A stretch of DNA of 64,000 bases, from the NCBI GenBank assembly GCA_963779755.1, contig CAVZZO010000001.1:1376001-1440000 (forward strand), written 5' to 3'. This document shows positions 49,646 through 58,257 of this stretch, piece after piece (position 1 is the first letter of the stretch; each line of letters starts with the position of its first letter). The notes beneath the pieces are model-generated. The model did no database searches. It was not told where the DNA came from and was given only the letters and a program-made list of their open reading frames with translations. This DNA comes from an uncultured Gemmatimonadales bacterium (GTDB lineage Bacteria > Gemmatimonadota > Gemmatimonadetes > Gemmatimonadales > GWC2-71-9). The translations under genes were made by a program, and so were the position numbers.

Positions 49646-50475
49646 ACGACCGGTATGCCTGTCTGTTCCAGGAGCTCGCCCGCAAACGGGAGGGCGCCTT
49701 CGTCCCCTTCGCCATGCTGGGCGATCCCGGGCCTGATCTCTCCCGGGTCGTTCTGCATGCCCTGGCGGAATCGGGCGCGGACGCGCTGGAGCTGGGCCTC
49801 CCGTTTTCCGATCCCGTGGCCGACGGGCCGGTGATCCAGGCGGCGGCGGGGCGGGCGCTTCGTGCGGGTCTGCGCCGCGCCGACTGCTGGGAACTCATTG
49901 CGGAAATTCGCCGGGAGTATCCAACCCTGCCGGTGGGCATTCTGGCCTACGCCAACCTCGTGTTTCATGACGGTCCCGACGCGTTCTGCCGCCAGGCCGC
50001 CCGGGCGGGGGTGGACGCCCTCCTGATTCCCGACCTGCCGCTGGAGGAGGCGGATGAAGTGCGCGAGGCCGGGGCGCGCTGTGGGGTGCACAGCGTGTTC
50101 ATCCTCCCGCCTGATGCCGACGAGAACACCCTTGGCCGGATCGCGGCCGCGAGCCGGGGCTTTACGTACGTGACCACCCGGGCGGGCGTGACCGGCGCGG
50201 ACCGCATGCTCCAGCGGGCGCAGGCCGAGCGGGTGAGACGGCTCCGGGCGCTGGCGGCGGCGCCGCCCCTGCTCGGCTTCGGTATCGCCCGGCCCATGCA
50301 GGTGCGCGCCGCGCTCGAGCTGGGGGCGGCGGGGGCGATCAGCGGCTCGGCGGTAGTGGCGCTGGTCGAACGCTACGCGGCGGAGGGCGCAGCGCTCTCC
50401 GCTGCGCTGGCGGGGTTCGTCCGCGAAATGAAGGCGGCCACGCGGCAGCCGGAGACCGAGGCGTTCGGGGTCTAG
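49642..50475 (+). CDS. trpA: Tryptophan synthase alpha chain
   Basis: [32 protein letters not shown]. Confidence 0.96.
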   Translation: MNDRYACLFQELARKREGAFVPFAMLGDPGPDLSRVVLHALAESGADALELGLPFSDPVADGPVIQAAAGRALRAGLRRADCWELIAEIRREYPTLPVGILAYANLVFHDGPDAFCRQAARAGVDALLIPDLPLEEADEVREAGARCGVHSVFILPPDADENTLGRIAAASRGFTYVTTRAGVTGADRMLQRAQAERVRRLRALAAAPPLLGFGIARPMQVRAALELGAAGAISGSAVVALVERYAAEGAALSAALAGFVREMKAATRQPETEAFGV

Positions 50476-51641
50476 GATTCTGCGGGCCTCCGCAGCAGCC
50501 GCACATCCTCGCGGGGGTAGCTGGGCAGGATACGGTCTGCGTGCTCCGGTTTCGCCAGCTCCTCGCTCAATCGCTCCGTGAGCAGGCTGGCCCACTTCCG
50601 CCGCTGGCGCGCGTCCACCAGGTAGCGCACGGTCAGGTTGGTCCAGGAGTCGGTGACGTCCACATACACCTGCGGCTCGTTGGAGATATCCCAGGCCAGT
50701 CCGGCGGCGGTCAGCAGCTGGCGGTAGGAGGTGGCCGGGTCGGCCATCATGGGGCCCACGACCTCGGTGGAAATGCCGCGGACCACGGTGATGGCGTACT
50801 TGAGGTCGCTCTCGTTGGCGATGCCCACGGTCACTTCGTCCCAGACGAACGAGAAATCACGGGTGTAGTTGATCACGTTGTTGCGCAGCACTTCGGAATT
50901 GGGAAACGTGATCATGGCGCCGGTGGGTTGCGCCGCCCGGACGGGCTTGCCGGGGCCGCCGGCTTCCCAGACCGTCGTGGTGAGAAAATCGATCCGGAAG
51001 ACATCGCCGAACACCTCGCCGACCGCAATCCGGTCGCCCACCCGGTAATAGCCGCGAAACGAATTGATGAGCCACCCGGTGAAGCTTTCGATCGGGGTCT
51101 GCAGCGCCCAGGAAAGGGCGAGTCCGATCAGGCCCAGCGAGCCGATCAGGGTCCGCACGTCGCCCGCGAGCACACTGAGGGCCACGCCGAGGGCGAGAAT
51201 CCAGATGACGATCCCGGCCAGGGCGCTGAACGCGTCGGCCCGGCTGAAACTGCGCAGGACGGAGCGGAGCAGCAGGCGCGCGGCGCGGCTCAGGATGCCG
51301 GCCAGCACCAGGATCACCAGCGCGATGCCGATCTTGGGCAAGAGCGCGACGAACCCGTGCCAGAACCCCCGGAGCGCGCCGGTCGCCTGGTGCACGGACT
51401 CGGCGGTGGTGGGCGCGGCGGTATCGGCGGCGGCGGCCGCGGTTTCGGGCGGCGTGGCCGGGTGCTGGGCCGGCACCTGCCAGGCCAGCAGGAGCATGGC
51501 GGTAAACGCCACCGCCAGAGTCGTGCGCTGGCGAAACCAGCGCATGCGCTGCAGGGCGGAACGGTTGTATTCGCGAACGCCCGGCCGCTGCGGGGCGCGC
51601 CGGTGCCGGCGTTCGCGGTCCTCAGGGTTCCCGCTGGGCAT
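50472..51641 (-). CDS. MscS family mechanosensitive channel (start uncertain)
   Basis: LGLIGLALSWALQ, YRVGDRI.VG...GDV..I. Confidence 0.85.
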   Translation of the reverse strand: MPSGNPEDRERRHRRAPQRPGVREYNRSALQRMRWFRQRTTLAVAFTAMLLLAWQVPAQHPATPPETAAAAADTAAPTTAESVHQATGALRGFWHGFVALLPKIGIALVILVLAGILSRAARLLLRSVLRSFSRADAFSALAGIVIWILALGVALSVLAGDVRTLIGSLGLIGLALSWALQTPIESFTGWLINSFRGYYRVGDRIAVGEVFGDVFRIDFLTTTVWEAGGPGKPVRAAQPTGAMITFPNSEVLRNNVINYTRDFSFVWDEVTVGIANESDLKYAITVVRGISTEVVGPMMADPATSYRQLLTAAGLAWDISNEPQVYVDVTDSWTNLTVRYLVDARQRRKWASLLTERLSEELAKPEHADRILPSYPREDVRLLRRPAES

Positions 51642-51679
51642 GTCTCCTCCATCGGCCGGGGGGGAGCGCCTGGTGGCTG

Positions 51680-52570
51680 CTAGCCGTGCGCGGACGACCC
51701 GGTCCGAATTGCGAGCTCCTGCATCAGTGAGCGAGTCTCGGGCTCGAGCACCCGTTCGTCGAAACGGCGGCGCCAGTCCCAGGCGGTGCCGGGCTCGATG
51801 CCCGTGTGCCGGTGGAACCCCGGGTCACCGATTCCCGCCGGGATGGGACGGGCCCGTTCTTCGGGATGGAGCATCGGTTCCACCAGCTCGATGCCGAGAG
51901 CGTCGCAGACGGTCTCGAGGGTGCGCCGCGGATGATGGACCAGCTCCTCGAAGCTTACCCGGCACTGCCGCTCCGGTGGTATATCCCCGAGAAAGGCACG
52001 GATGTTCCGCTGCTGCTGCCGCCAGCGGCGCTCGCGGGCGCGTGCCCGGCGCGGCAGCCCTCCGCCCACCGCGCGCTCGGCCACGTCGCGCACGCGGCGC
52101 ATGGCGCGCCACCAGCCGGGCCGCCGGCCGTCCTTGAGCCGCAGGTCGGAATCCACCACTGCGAGGGGGTGGCGCACCAGCCAGACATAGAACACGGCGA
52201 GGGGCCGGCTGCGCTCCAGGGCCTGGGGATCGGCGGCATAGGCCGGGGTCTTGTCCAGCAGCCAGCCGTCGGGCCGGATATGACGGAACAGCCAGTGGTA
52301 AACGCGCGTGGTGGACCAGCCGGCGCAGCGCGTGTCGATCTCGCCGCCGGTCTTCGGCTGCCCCACCAGGCGGAAGAACTGCTCCAGACTGCGCAGGGCG
52401 AGCGGCTTGGCGGCGCGCCAGGCGAGAAAATCGGGATATCGCAGGAGGAACAACTCCGGGGGAGCCACAATCCGCGGGTGGCCGCCGAGCATGACGCTGA
52501 GCAGGGTTGAGCCGGAGCGCTCACTGCTCAGCAGCAGCAGCAGCCGCCGGTCGTCGGGGGAGACGTGCAC
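51680..52570 (-). CDS. Sulfotransferase family protein
   Basis: SERSGSTLL..ML..HP, LLDKTP, LVRHP.AV..S, FEELV..P. Confidence 0.82.
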   Translation of the reverse strand: MHVSPDDRRLLLLLSSERSGSTLLSVMLGGHPRIVAPPELFLLRYPDFLAWRAAKPLALRSLEQFFRLVGQPKTGGEIDTRCAGWSTTRVYHWLFRHIRPDGWLLDKTPAYAADPQALERSRPLAVFYVWLVRHPLAVVDSDLRLKDGRRPGWWRAMRRVRDVAERAVGGGLPRRARARERRWRQQQRNIRAFLGDIPPERQCRVSFEELVHHPRRTLETVCDALGIELVEPMLHPEERARPIPAGIGDPGFHRHTGIEPGTAWDWRRRFDERVLEPETRSLMQELAIRTGSSAHG

Positions 52571-52571
52571 G

Positions 52572-53501
52572 TCAGGCCTGCTCCGCCGCCCGGCCCAGCC
52601 CGGCGGCTTCGATGAAGATCTGGTGCACGGTGGGAAACTCCCGGCGGATCTTCCGCTCGATCCGGCCCACCGCTTCGGCGACCTCCGTTGCCCGGATGCC
52701 GCGGCTGAATCCCAGCTCGATATTGACCAGGACCTGGTCGGGCCCCAGCTGCATGGTGAGCGGCGGCCGGGCGCGCTCGACCGCGGGGTCATCTTCGGCG
52801 ATCCGGCGAATCCCGCGTACCAGCCGCAGGTCGGCCGATTCGCCCAGAAGCAGGGCCCGCGACTCCCAGACCAGGAAAGACGCGACGCTGACCAGGATCG
52901 TCCCGATCAGGACCGAGGCGACGCCGTCCAGCGCCGGCATGCCGAGCTGCCGGCTCAGCAGCACGCCCAGAAAGGCGACGACGATGCCCGCGATGGCGGC
53001 GGAATCCTCCGCCAGCACCACGAAGACCCCCGGGTCCTTGCTGCCCCGGATGGCGTGCCAGACGCTTTCACCCGGCAACCGGGCGCGGAGCATCGCCCGC
53101 ATGGCGATCGTCCAGGAGGTGCCTTCGGAGACGAGCGCCACGCCCAGCACGACATAGTTCCACAGCGGATTGCCGGTCTCCAACGGGTGTGCCAAGTGAC
53201 GGATTCCCTCGTAGATGGACATGCCGCCGCCGGCAGCGAAGAGCAGCACCGCTACCAGCAGGCTCCAGAAATAGAGCTCCTTGCCGTGGCCGAAGGGGTG
53301 CCCTTCATCGGGCGGCTTCTGGCTGCGGTGAATGCCGAGCAGCAGCAGGCATTCGTTGCCCGTATCCACCAGCGAGTGAATCCCCTCCGACAGCATGGCG
53401 GAGCTACCGGAGATGAACGCCGCGATGAATTTCGCCGCGGCGATGACGAAGTTCGCCGCGATCGCGACATAGACGGTGACCCGGCTGTCCTGGCTCGCCA
53501 C
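52572..53501 (-). CDS. Cation diffusion facilitator family transporter
   Basis: GSSAMLSEGIHSLVD, HPFGHGKELYFW, EDSAA. Confidence 0.9.
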   Translation of the reverse strand: MASQDSRVTVYVAIAANFVIAAAKFIAAFISGSSAMLSEGIHSLVDTGNECLLLLGIHRSQKPPDEGHPFGHGKELYFWSLLVAVLLFAAGGGMSIYEGIRHLAHPLETGNPLWNYVVLGVALVSEGTSWTIAMRAMLRARLPGESVWHAIRGSKDPGVFVVLAEDSAAIAGIVVAFLGVLLSRQLGMPALDGVASVLIGTILVSVASFLVWESRALLLGESADLRLVRGIRRIAEDDPAVERARPPLTMQLGPDQVLVNIELGFSRGIRATEVAEAVGRIERKIRREFPTVHQIFIEAAGLGRAAEQA

Positions 53502-53502
53502 G

Positions 53503-54027
53503 TCAGTCCGGACTCAGGACGGCGGCGTCGTGGCTCTGCCGCCGGAGCAGCCAGAGGGCGACCTGCTCCAGGACTACCAGCACCGCGGTTACCGCCACTG
53601 CCAGCCCGAAGATGGCAACGTTGCTGGTGGAGCCGGCGCGCAGGGCGAAGCTCATGGCGGTGGATACGGCGGGCGGATGCGCCACATTGAGGGCGATCAT
53701 GCCGACGATCGTCAGTACCATGGCCAGCGCGGCGGGGATGTAGCCGTTTCCCAGCAGCAGGTAGGTCAGCAGCCCCAGCGTCGCGGCCAGCATCTGGGCG
53801 GACACCAGGGTCTTGACCTCGTTCATGCTGTGCTCGGGATCGAGGTAGATCAGGAATGCGCTCGATGCCAGCGAGGAGAAGAGCAGGCGCTGGCGGGTGA
53901 GGCCGTCCACCATGGCCAGCACGATGAGCACGGTGACCGTCGGCAGCAGGGCCAGCAGCAGCTCGCCCTTGAGGTCGAGCCGCCGGCGCAGGGACGTCCT
54001 GCCTCCCCGGCCCGTGGCCTTCTTCAC
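53503..54027 (-). CDS. HPP family membrane protein
   Basis: SLASSAFL, HPPA motif, 4-5 TM; GTG start approximate. Confidence 0.8.
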   Translation of the reverse strand: MKKATGRGGRTSLRRRLDLKGELLLALLPTVTVLIVLAMVDGLTRQRLLFSSLASSAFLIYLDPEHSMNEVKTLVSAQMLAATLGLLTYLLLGNGYIPAALAMVLTIVGMIALNVAHPPAVSTAMSFALRAGSTSNVAIFGLAVAVTAVLVVLEQVALWLLRRQSHDAAVLSPD

Positions 54028-54031
54028 CGGC

Positions 54032-54787
54032 CTACTTTGCGGTCGCGCCGCCATCCACCACCAGCTCGGCCCCCGTGACCCAGCGGGACTCGTCCGAGGC
54101 CAGATACAGCACCGCCCAGGCGACATCCTCCGGCTCGCCGATATGGCCCAGGGGAAATTCCTCTCCCAGCTGCTCCAGAGTTTCTCCATAGAAACGGCCG
54201 CCCTGCTCCGCCATGCGGGTGCGGATATAGCCCGGGTGAATCGAATTCACCCGCACCCGGTCGGCGGCCAGCTCCACGGCGGCATCCTTGGTCATGATGC
54301 GCACCGCGCCCTTGCTGGCTCCGTAAGCGGTATGGCCTTCGGCGCCGACCAGCCCATCCATGGACGACATGTTGATGATGGAGCCCCCGCCCTGCGCCAC
54401 CATGGCCGGAGCGCAGGCGCGCATGCCCAGGAAGACGCCCCGGACGTTGGTGGCCAGGATGGCTTCGAGATCCTCCACCGAGGTCGTCGCCAGGTCGCGG
54501 ATCAGGTAGATACCGGCGTTGTTCACCAGCACATCGAGGTGGCCCCAGTGGCGACGGGCGTGCGTGATAACACGCCCCCAGTCGGCCTCGCTGCGTACAT
54601 CATGAAGCAGAAAGTCGGCCTCGCCCCCTTCGGCCCGGATAGCGGCGGCGGCGGCTTCGCCCTCGGACCCGGCAATATCGGTCAGCAGGACCGTGGCTCC
54701 CTCGCGGGCCAGGAGGGCCGCGGTGGCGCGGCCGATGCCCAGCGCCCCCCCGGTCACTACCACCACTTTGTCCTGAACCCGCCTCAT
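54032..54787 (-). CDS. SDR family oxidoreductase
   Basis: TGGALGIG, VNNAG, YGASK, VNSIHPG. Confidence 0.92.
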   Translation of the reverse strand: MRRVQDKVVVVTGGALGIGRATAALLAREGATVLLTDIAGSEGEAAAAAIRAEGGEADFLLHDVRSEADWGRVITHARRHWGHLDVLVNNAGIYLIRDLATTSVEDLEAILATNVRGVFLGMRACAPAMVAQGGGSIINMSSMDGLVGAEGHTAYGASKGAVRIMTKDAAVELAADRVRVNSIHPGYIRTRMAEQGGRFYGETLEQLGEEFPLGHIGEPEDVAWAVLYLASDESRWVTGAELVVDGGATAK

Positions 54788-54919
54788 GAGCCGGCCCCAT
54801 TGAGGAAAGAGGCCCCCACCATGGCGGCTGGCGGCCTTTCCTGCCGTGACCTCGCACACCCCAGGGCCGATGCCGGATGTATATGCTTCCCAACCGATTA
54901 CGCTCAGGTACCGGGGTGC

Positions 54920-54978
54920 CATACCTGAAAGTATGTTATCTGTTCACAATGAAACTCCCGGCCATGCTTCTCCGTACG
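54920..54978. promoter_or_regulatory. Putative TetR operators
   Basis: CATAC-N6-GTATG (54920-54935) and degenerate CATGC-N6-GTACG (54963-54978). Confidence 0.5.
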
Positions 54979-54984
54979 GGCAGC

Positions 54985-55545
54985 ATGAGCCGACAGCGGC
55001 AGGACTGGATTCGGGCGGGGACGGTCGCCTTGCGCCACGGCGGCGTGGGCGCCGTCCGGGTGGAGGCGCTGGCGCGGGAACTGGGTGTCACCAAGGGCAG
55101 TTTCTACTGGCATTTCCGCGACCGGGGCGAACTCCTCGAGGCGCTGCTCGCCGCTTGGGCCTCGGAGACGGACTGGCTGCTGGAAGAAGCCGCGGCGGCC
55201 ACGCATCCCACCGCCCGGCTGCGGCGGTTCTTCGAGTTGGCCTCCCGCTCCGACTACCCGCCCGACCTGGCCATCTTCGCCTGGGCCCGGCAGGATGAGT
55301 CGGTGGCCCGGCAGGCGCGGGAAGTCGAGGAGCGGCGCATTGCGTTTCTCGCCGCGCAGCTCCGGGCGCAGGGACTCGACCACTCGGCGGCCCGGGAGCG
55401 GGCCGAGCTGGGCTACCTCGCCACTCTGGGCTGGATCGAGCGGCGGCAGCGCACGGACGCCGAGCCGGCCGAGCTGGCGGGATTTGCCGACCTGGTGTTT
55501 CGACTGCTCACCTCTCCGGTACTGGTAAGCGAACCGGCCACCTGA
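54985..55545 (+). CDS. TetR/AcrR family regulator
   Basis: LARELGVTKGSFYWHF HTH. Confidence 0.92.
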   Translation: MSRQRQDWIRAGTVALRHGGVGAVRVEALARELGVTKGSFYWHFRDRGELLEALLAAWASETDWLLEEAAAATHPTARLRRFFELASRSDYPPDLAIFAWARQDESVARQAREVEERRIAFLAAQLRAQGLDHSAARERAELGYLATLGWIERRQRTDAEPAELAGFADLVFRLLTSPVLVSEPAT

Positions 55546-55568
55546 CATCAACCGCGGAGCCACGATCC

Positions 55569-56621
55569 ATGCGACGGACCACCGCCGTAGCCCTGGCTGT
55601 ACTCCTGGCCCTTCCTTCTGCCGCAACGGCCCAGAGTGCGGCATCCCTCGACGGTGCCGCGCGCCGCGCCGTGATCGACAGTCTCACCCGGCGGCTCGAC
55701 TCGGTCTACGTGTTTCCCGAGGTGGCCCGGCAGCTGGGCAGCGCCCTGCGGGACCGCGCCCGGCACGGCGCCTACGACCGCTACGCCGATCCGGACAGTT
55801 TCGCCGCGGCGCTTACCCGGGATCTGCGGAGCCTGGGGCATGACGTGCACCTGGGCGTCGACTACAGCGCGGACCGGCTGGTCCCTTCGGCCGATTTCGA
55901 CAACGACAGCAGCCTGGCAGCGCGCCGCCGCGAGTGGGAGGTACTGCACAATTATGGCTTCCCCCGGGTGGAGATTCTGCCGGGGAACATCGGCTACCTC
56001 GCCATTACCAGCATGATGGACCCGGCCACCGGCGGGCCGACCGCCGCGGCCGCGATGAACTTCATCGCCCATACCGACGCCCTGATTCTCGATCTGCGCG
56101 AGAACCACGGCGGTTCCCCCGCGATGGTCGCCTTTCTGCTGAGCTATCTCTTCGACGGCAGGGTGCACCTCAACGACTTCGCCTGGCGCGGACAGGCCGA
56201 CCGGCAGCAGAGCTGGACGGTGCCCTATGTCCCGGGGCTCAGGTACGGCAACAGGCCGGTCTACGTGCTGACCAGCCGCCGGACGGTTTCGGCCGGGGAA
56301 GAATTCGCCTATGACCTGCAGGCGAACCGGCGGGCGACGATCATCGGGGAGGTGACGGCGGGCGGCGCCAATCCCGGCGGCATGGAGCGGCTGACCGACC
56401 ACTTCAAGGCCTTCATCCCGGTGGGTCGGGCCATCAACCCGGTGACCGGTACCAACTGGGAAGGCGTGGGTGTAATGCCCGACCGGGTAGTCCCAGCCGC
56501 GGCGGCGCTGATCGCCGCGCAGCGCGCGGCGCTGGATATGCTGTTCGCCTCCGGGCCGCCGGGACGGCGCGAACTGGTGCAGGAGGCCCGGCAGCGGTTG
56601 CAGCCGGCCGGGGGCCGGTGA
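55569..56621 (+). CDS. Secreted S41 family peptidase
   Basis: Signal peptide, NIGYL, LDLRENHGG, T.SAGEEF, WEGVGV.PD. Confidence 0.9.
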   Translation: MRRTTAVALAVLLALPSAATAQSAASLDGAARRAVIDSLTRRLDSVYVFPEVARQLGSALRDRARHGAYDRYADPDSFAAALTRDLRSLGHDVHLGVDYSADRLVPSADFDNDSSLAARRREWEVLHNYGFPRVEILPGNIGYLAITSMMDPATGGPTAAAAMNFIAHTDALILDLRENHGGSPAMVAFLLSYLFDGRVHLNDFAWRGQADRQQSWTVPYVPGLRYGNRPVYVLTSRRTVSAGEEFAYDLQANRRATIIGEVTAGGANPGGMERLTDHFKAFIPVGRAINPVTGTNWEGVGVMPDRVVPAAAALIAAQRAALDMLFASGPPGRRELVQEARQRLQPAGGR

Positions 56622-56624
56622 CGC

Positions 56625-56801
56625 TCAGGGGCTGCGTCTGGGCCGGCGGACCAGCTCGCCGCCGCAATTGGGGCAGACGCCCTTGTGGTTGCGGGTGCAA
56701 GCGGGACAGAAAGTGCATTCGTAGGAGCAGATGAACGCCTCGCTATCGGGAGCGAGCGGCGTCTCGCACTTCTCGCAGATGCTTCGCATTTCGAGTGGCA
56801 T
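56625..56801 (-). CDS. DUF1272 small Cys-rich protein
   Basis: CEKC..ICSYECTFC..C..CPNCGGELVRRP. Confidence 0.85.
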   Translation of the reverse strand: MPLEMRSICEKCETPLAPDSEAFICSYECTFCPACTRNHKGVCPNCGGELVRRPRRSP

Positions 56802-56952
56802 GGGATCTCGGCTCGCGATGGCCGGCGAGCCACGGCACGAGGTTGAACAGAATGGGCGGTTCCGGCGGCGCCGGCTCATGCTCTGGCGATGCGCCGAAGT
56901 CCGCCCAGCCGGCCCGAGGAGATGTCGCGCCTGGCTGCCTTAGATTGAAGAT

Positions 56953-58257
56953 ATGCGCTCCGTCAGTGATCGGGCGACCGTCCTGGTGGCGATTGTGCTG
57001 CTGGGGGGTGCCTGTACCAGGACGGCCCCTCCGGGGCCGGCGGTGGCCGAGCCGGCGTGCCTGCTGCAGCCCGGGGCGGCCGACACTCCGGATACGATAA
57101 CCCTCGGGGTGACGGACTCCCTGCACCGTTCCGATGCTCCCCGGGCACAAAACCATGCCGAGCGGCTGGTCTTCGGCCTGCTGTATCCCGGGCTGGTTCG
57201 GCTCGATTGCCAGGGCCGCCTGATGCCCGGTCTGGCAGCGCGGTGGACGGGCGGGGCGAACATCTGGTCGCTCCAGCTGGCCGGGGACGCGCATTTCACC
57301 GACAGTGTCCCGCTCACGCCCCAACGCGTAGCCGCTTCGTGGCTGCAGGCCGGGGCCGGCGCGCTGGCGGGGCTGCGATTCGAGGCAACGACTCCCAGCG
57401 ATTCGGGCACCCTGGTACTCGGACTGGACATCCCGAGTGACTCCCTGCCGGCCTTCCTGGCAGCCGGGGCGCTGGCGCCGGTGCTTCCAGTCGCCGGCGG
57501 GTGGCCCCTGGGGGCGGGAGCGTACCGCATCATCCAGGATTCCGGCGGTCTGCTCCTGGTACCGGGGCGGGAGTACACGCGGTTCCCGGTGCTTCGCGTC
57601 CGGATGGCGCCCGGTGCCGACCCGCGCGACCTGCTGGATGCCGGCGTGCAGCTGCTGGTGACCGACGATCCCGCGACGATCGACTATGCCCTGGCGCACG
57701 ACTCGCTCGCGACGGTGCCACTCCCCTGGAACCGGGTTTATGTGCTGATCCTCCCCCAGGCGCTGGTCCAGGGGGCCGCGCCGGGGGAACTGCGCCGGGC
57801 GCTCGCCGGCGATGCGGTGCGGGTGGAGGCACGGGCTGCCCGCGACTCGCTGCCGCTGCGCTCCGGCGGGGCCGGTCCGGCGCGACGGGGCGCGACGCCC
57901 CGGGTGGTGTATCCGGCGACCGATCCTACCGCGGGTGAGCTGGCGCGCCGGCTGGTTTCGCTCGCCTCCCGTGCCGGGGGCGACACGGCCTCGTCCTGGG
58001 CCGCCCATGCGCTGCCGGGCGGACCATCGCTGGTGGCGGTGGGCCTGCAGCCCGAGCAGTTCGCCCGTGCCCTGGCGCGGGGAGACGCTGCCGGATATGT
58101 GGCCAGCCGCGATCTGCTGTTACCGGCCCCCCCGCCGGGGGGAGGTGTCGCGGTGCCGCTCATCGAAACCCGCTCCAGGGCGATCGTCCGTGCCGGCACG
58201 GGCGGTTTCGAGATCCAGGGCGACGGCACGCTCCGGGTCCGCGGGACGACCCCATGA
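56953..58257 (+). CDS. Lipoprotein with divergent family-5 solute-binding-like N-terminus
   Basis: GAC lipobox; LY.GLVRLD..G.L.PGLA.RW..F.D..PLT. Confidence 0.65.
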   Translation: MRSVSDRATVLVAIVLLGGACTRTAPPGPAVAEPACLLQPGAADTPDTITLGVTDSLHRSDAPRAQNHAERLVFGLLYPGLVRLDCQGRLMPGLAARWTGGANIWSLQLAGDAHFTDSVPLTPQRVAASWLQAGAGALAGLRFEATTPSDSGTLVLGLDIPSDSLPAFLAAGALAPVLPVAGGWPLGAGAYRIIQDSGGLLLVPGREYTRFPVLRVRMAPGADPRDLLDAGVQLLVTDDPATIDYALAHDSLATVPLPWNRVYVLILPQALVQGAAPGELRRALAGDAVRVEARAARDSLPLRSGGAGPARRGATPRVVYPATDPTAGELARRLVSLASRAGGDTASSWAAHALPGGPSLVAVGLQPEQFARALARGDAAGYVASRDLLLPAPPPGGGVAVPLIETRSRAIVRAGTGGFEIQGDGTLRVRGTTP

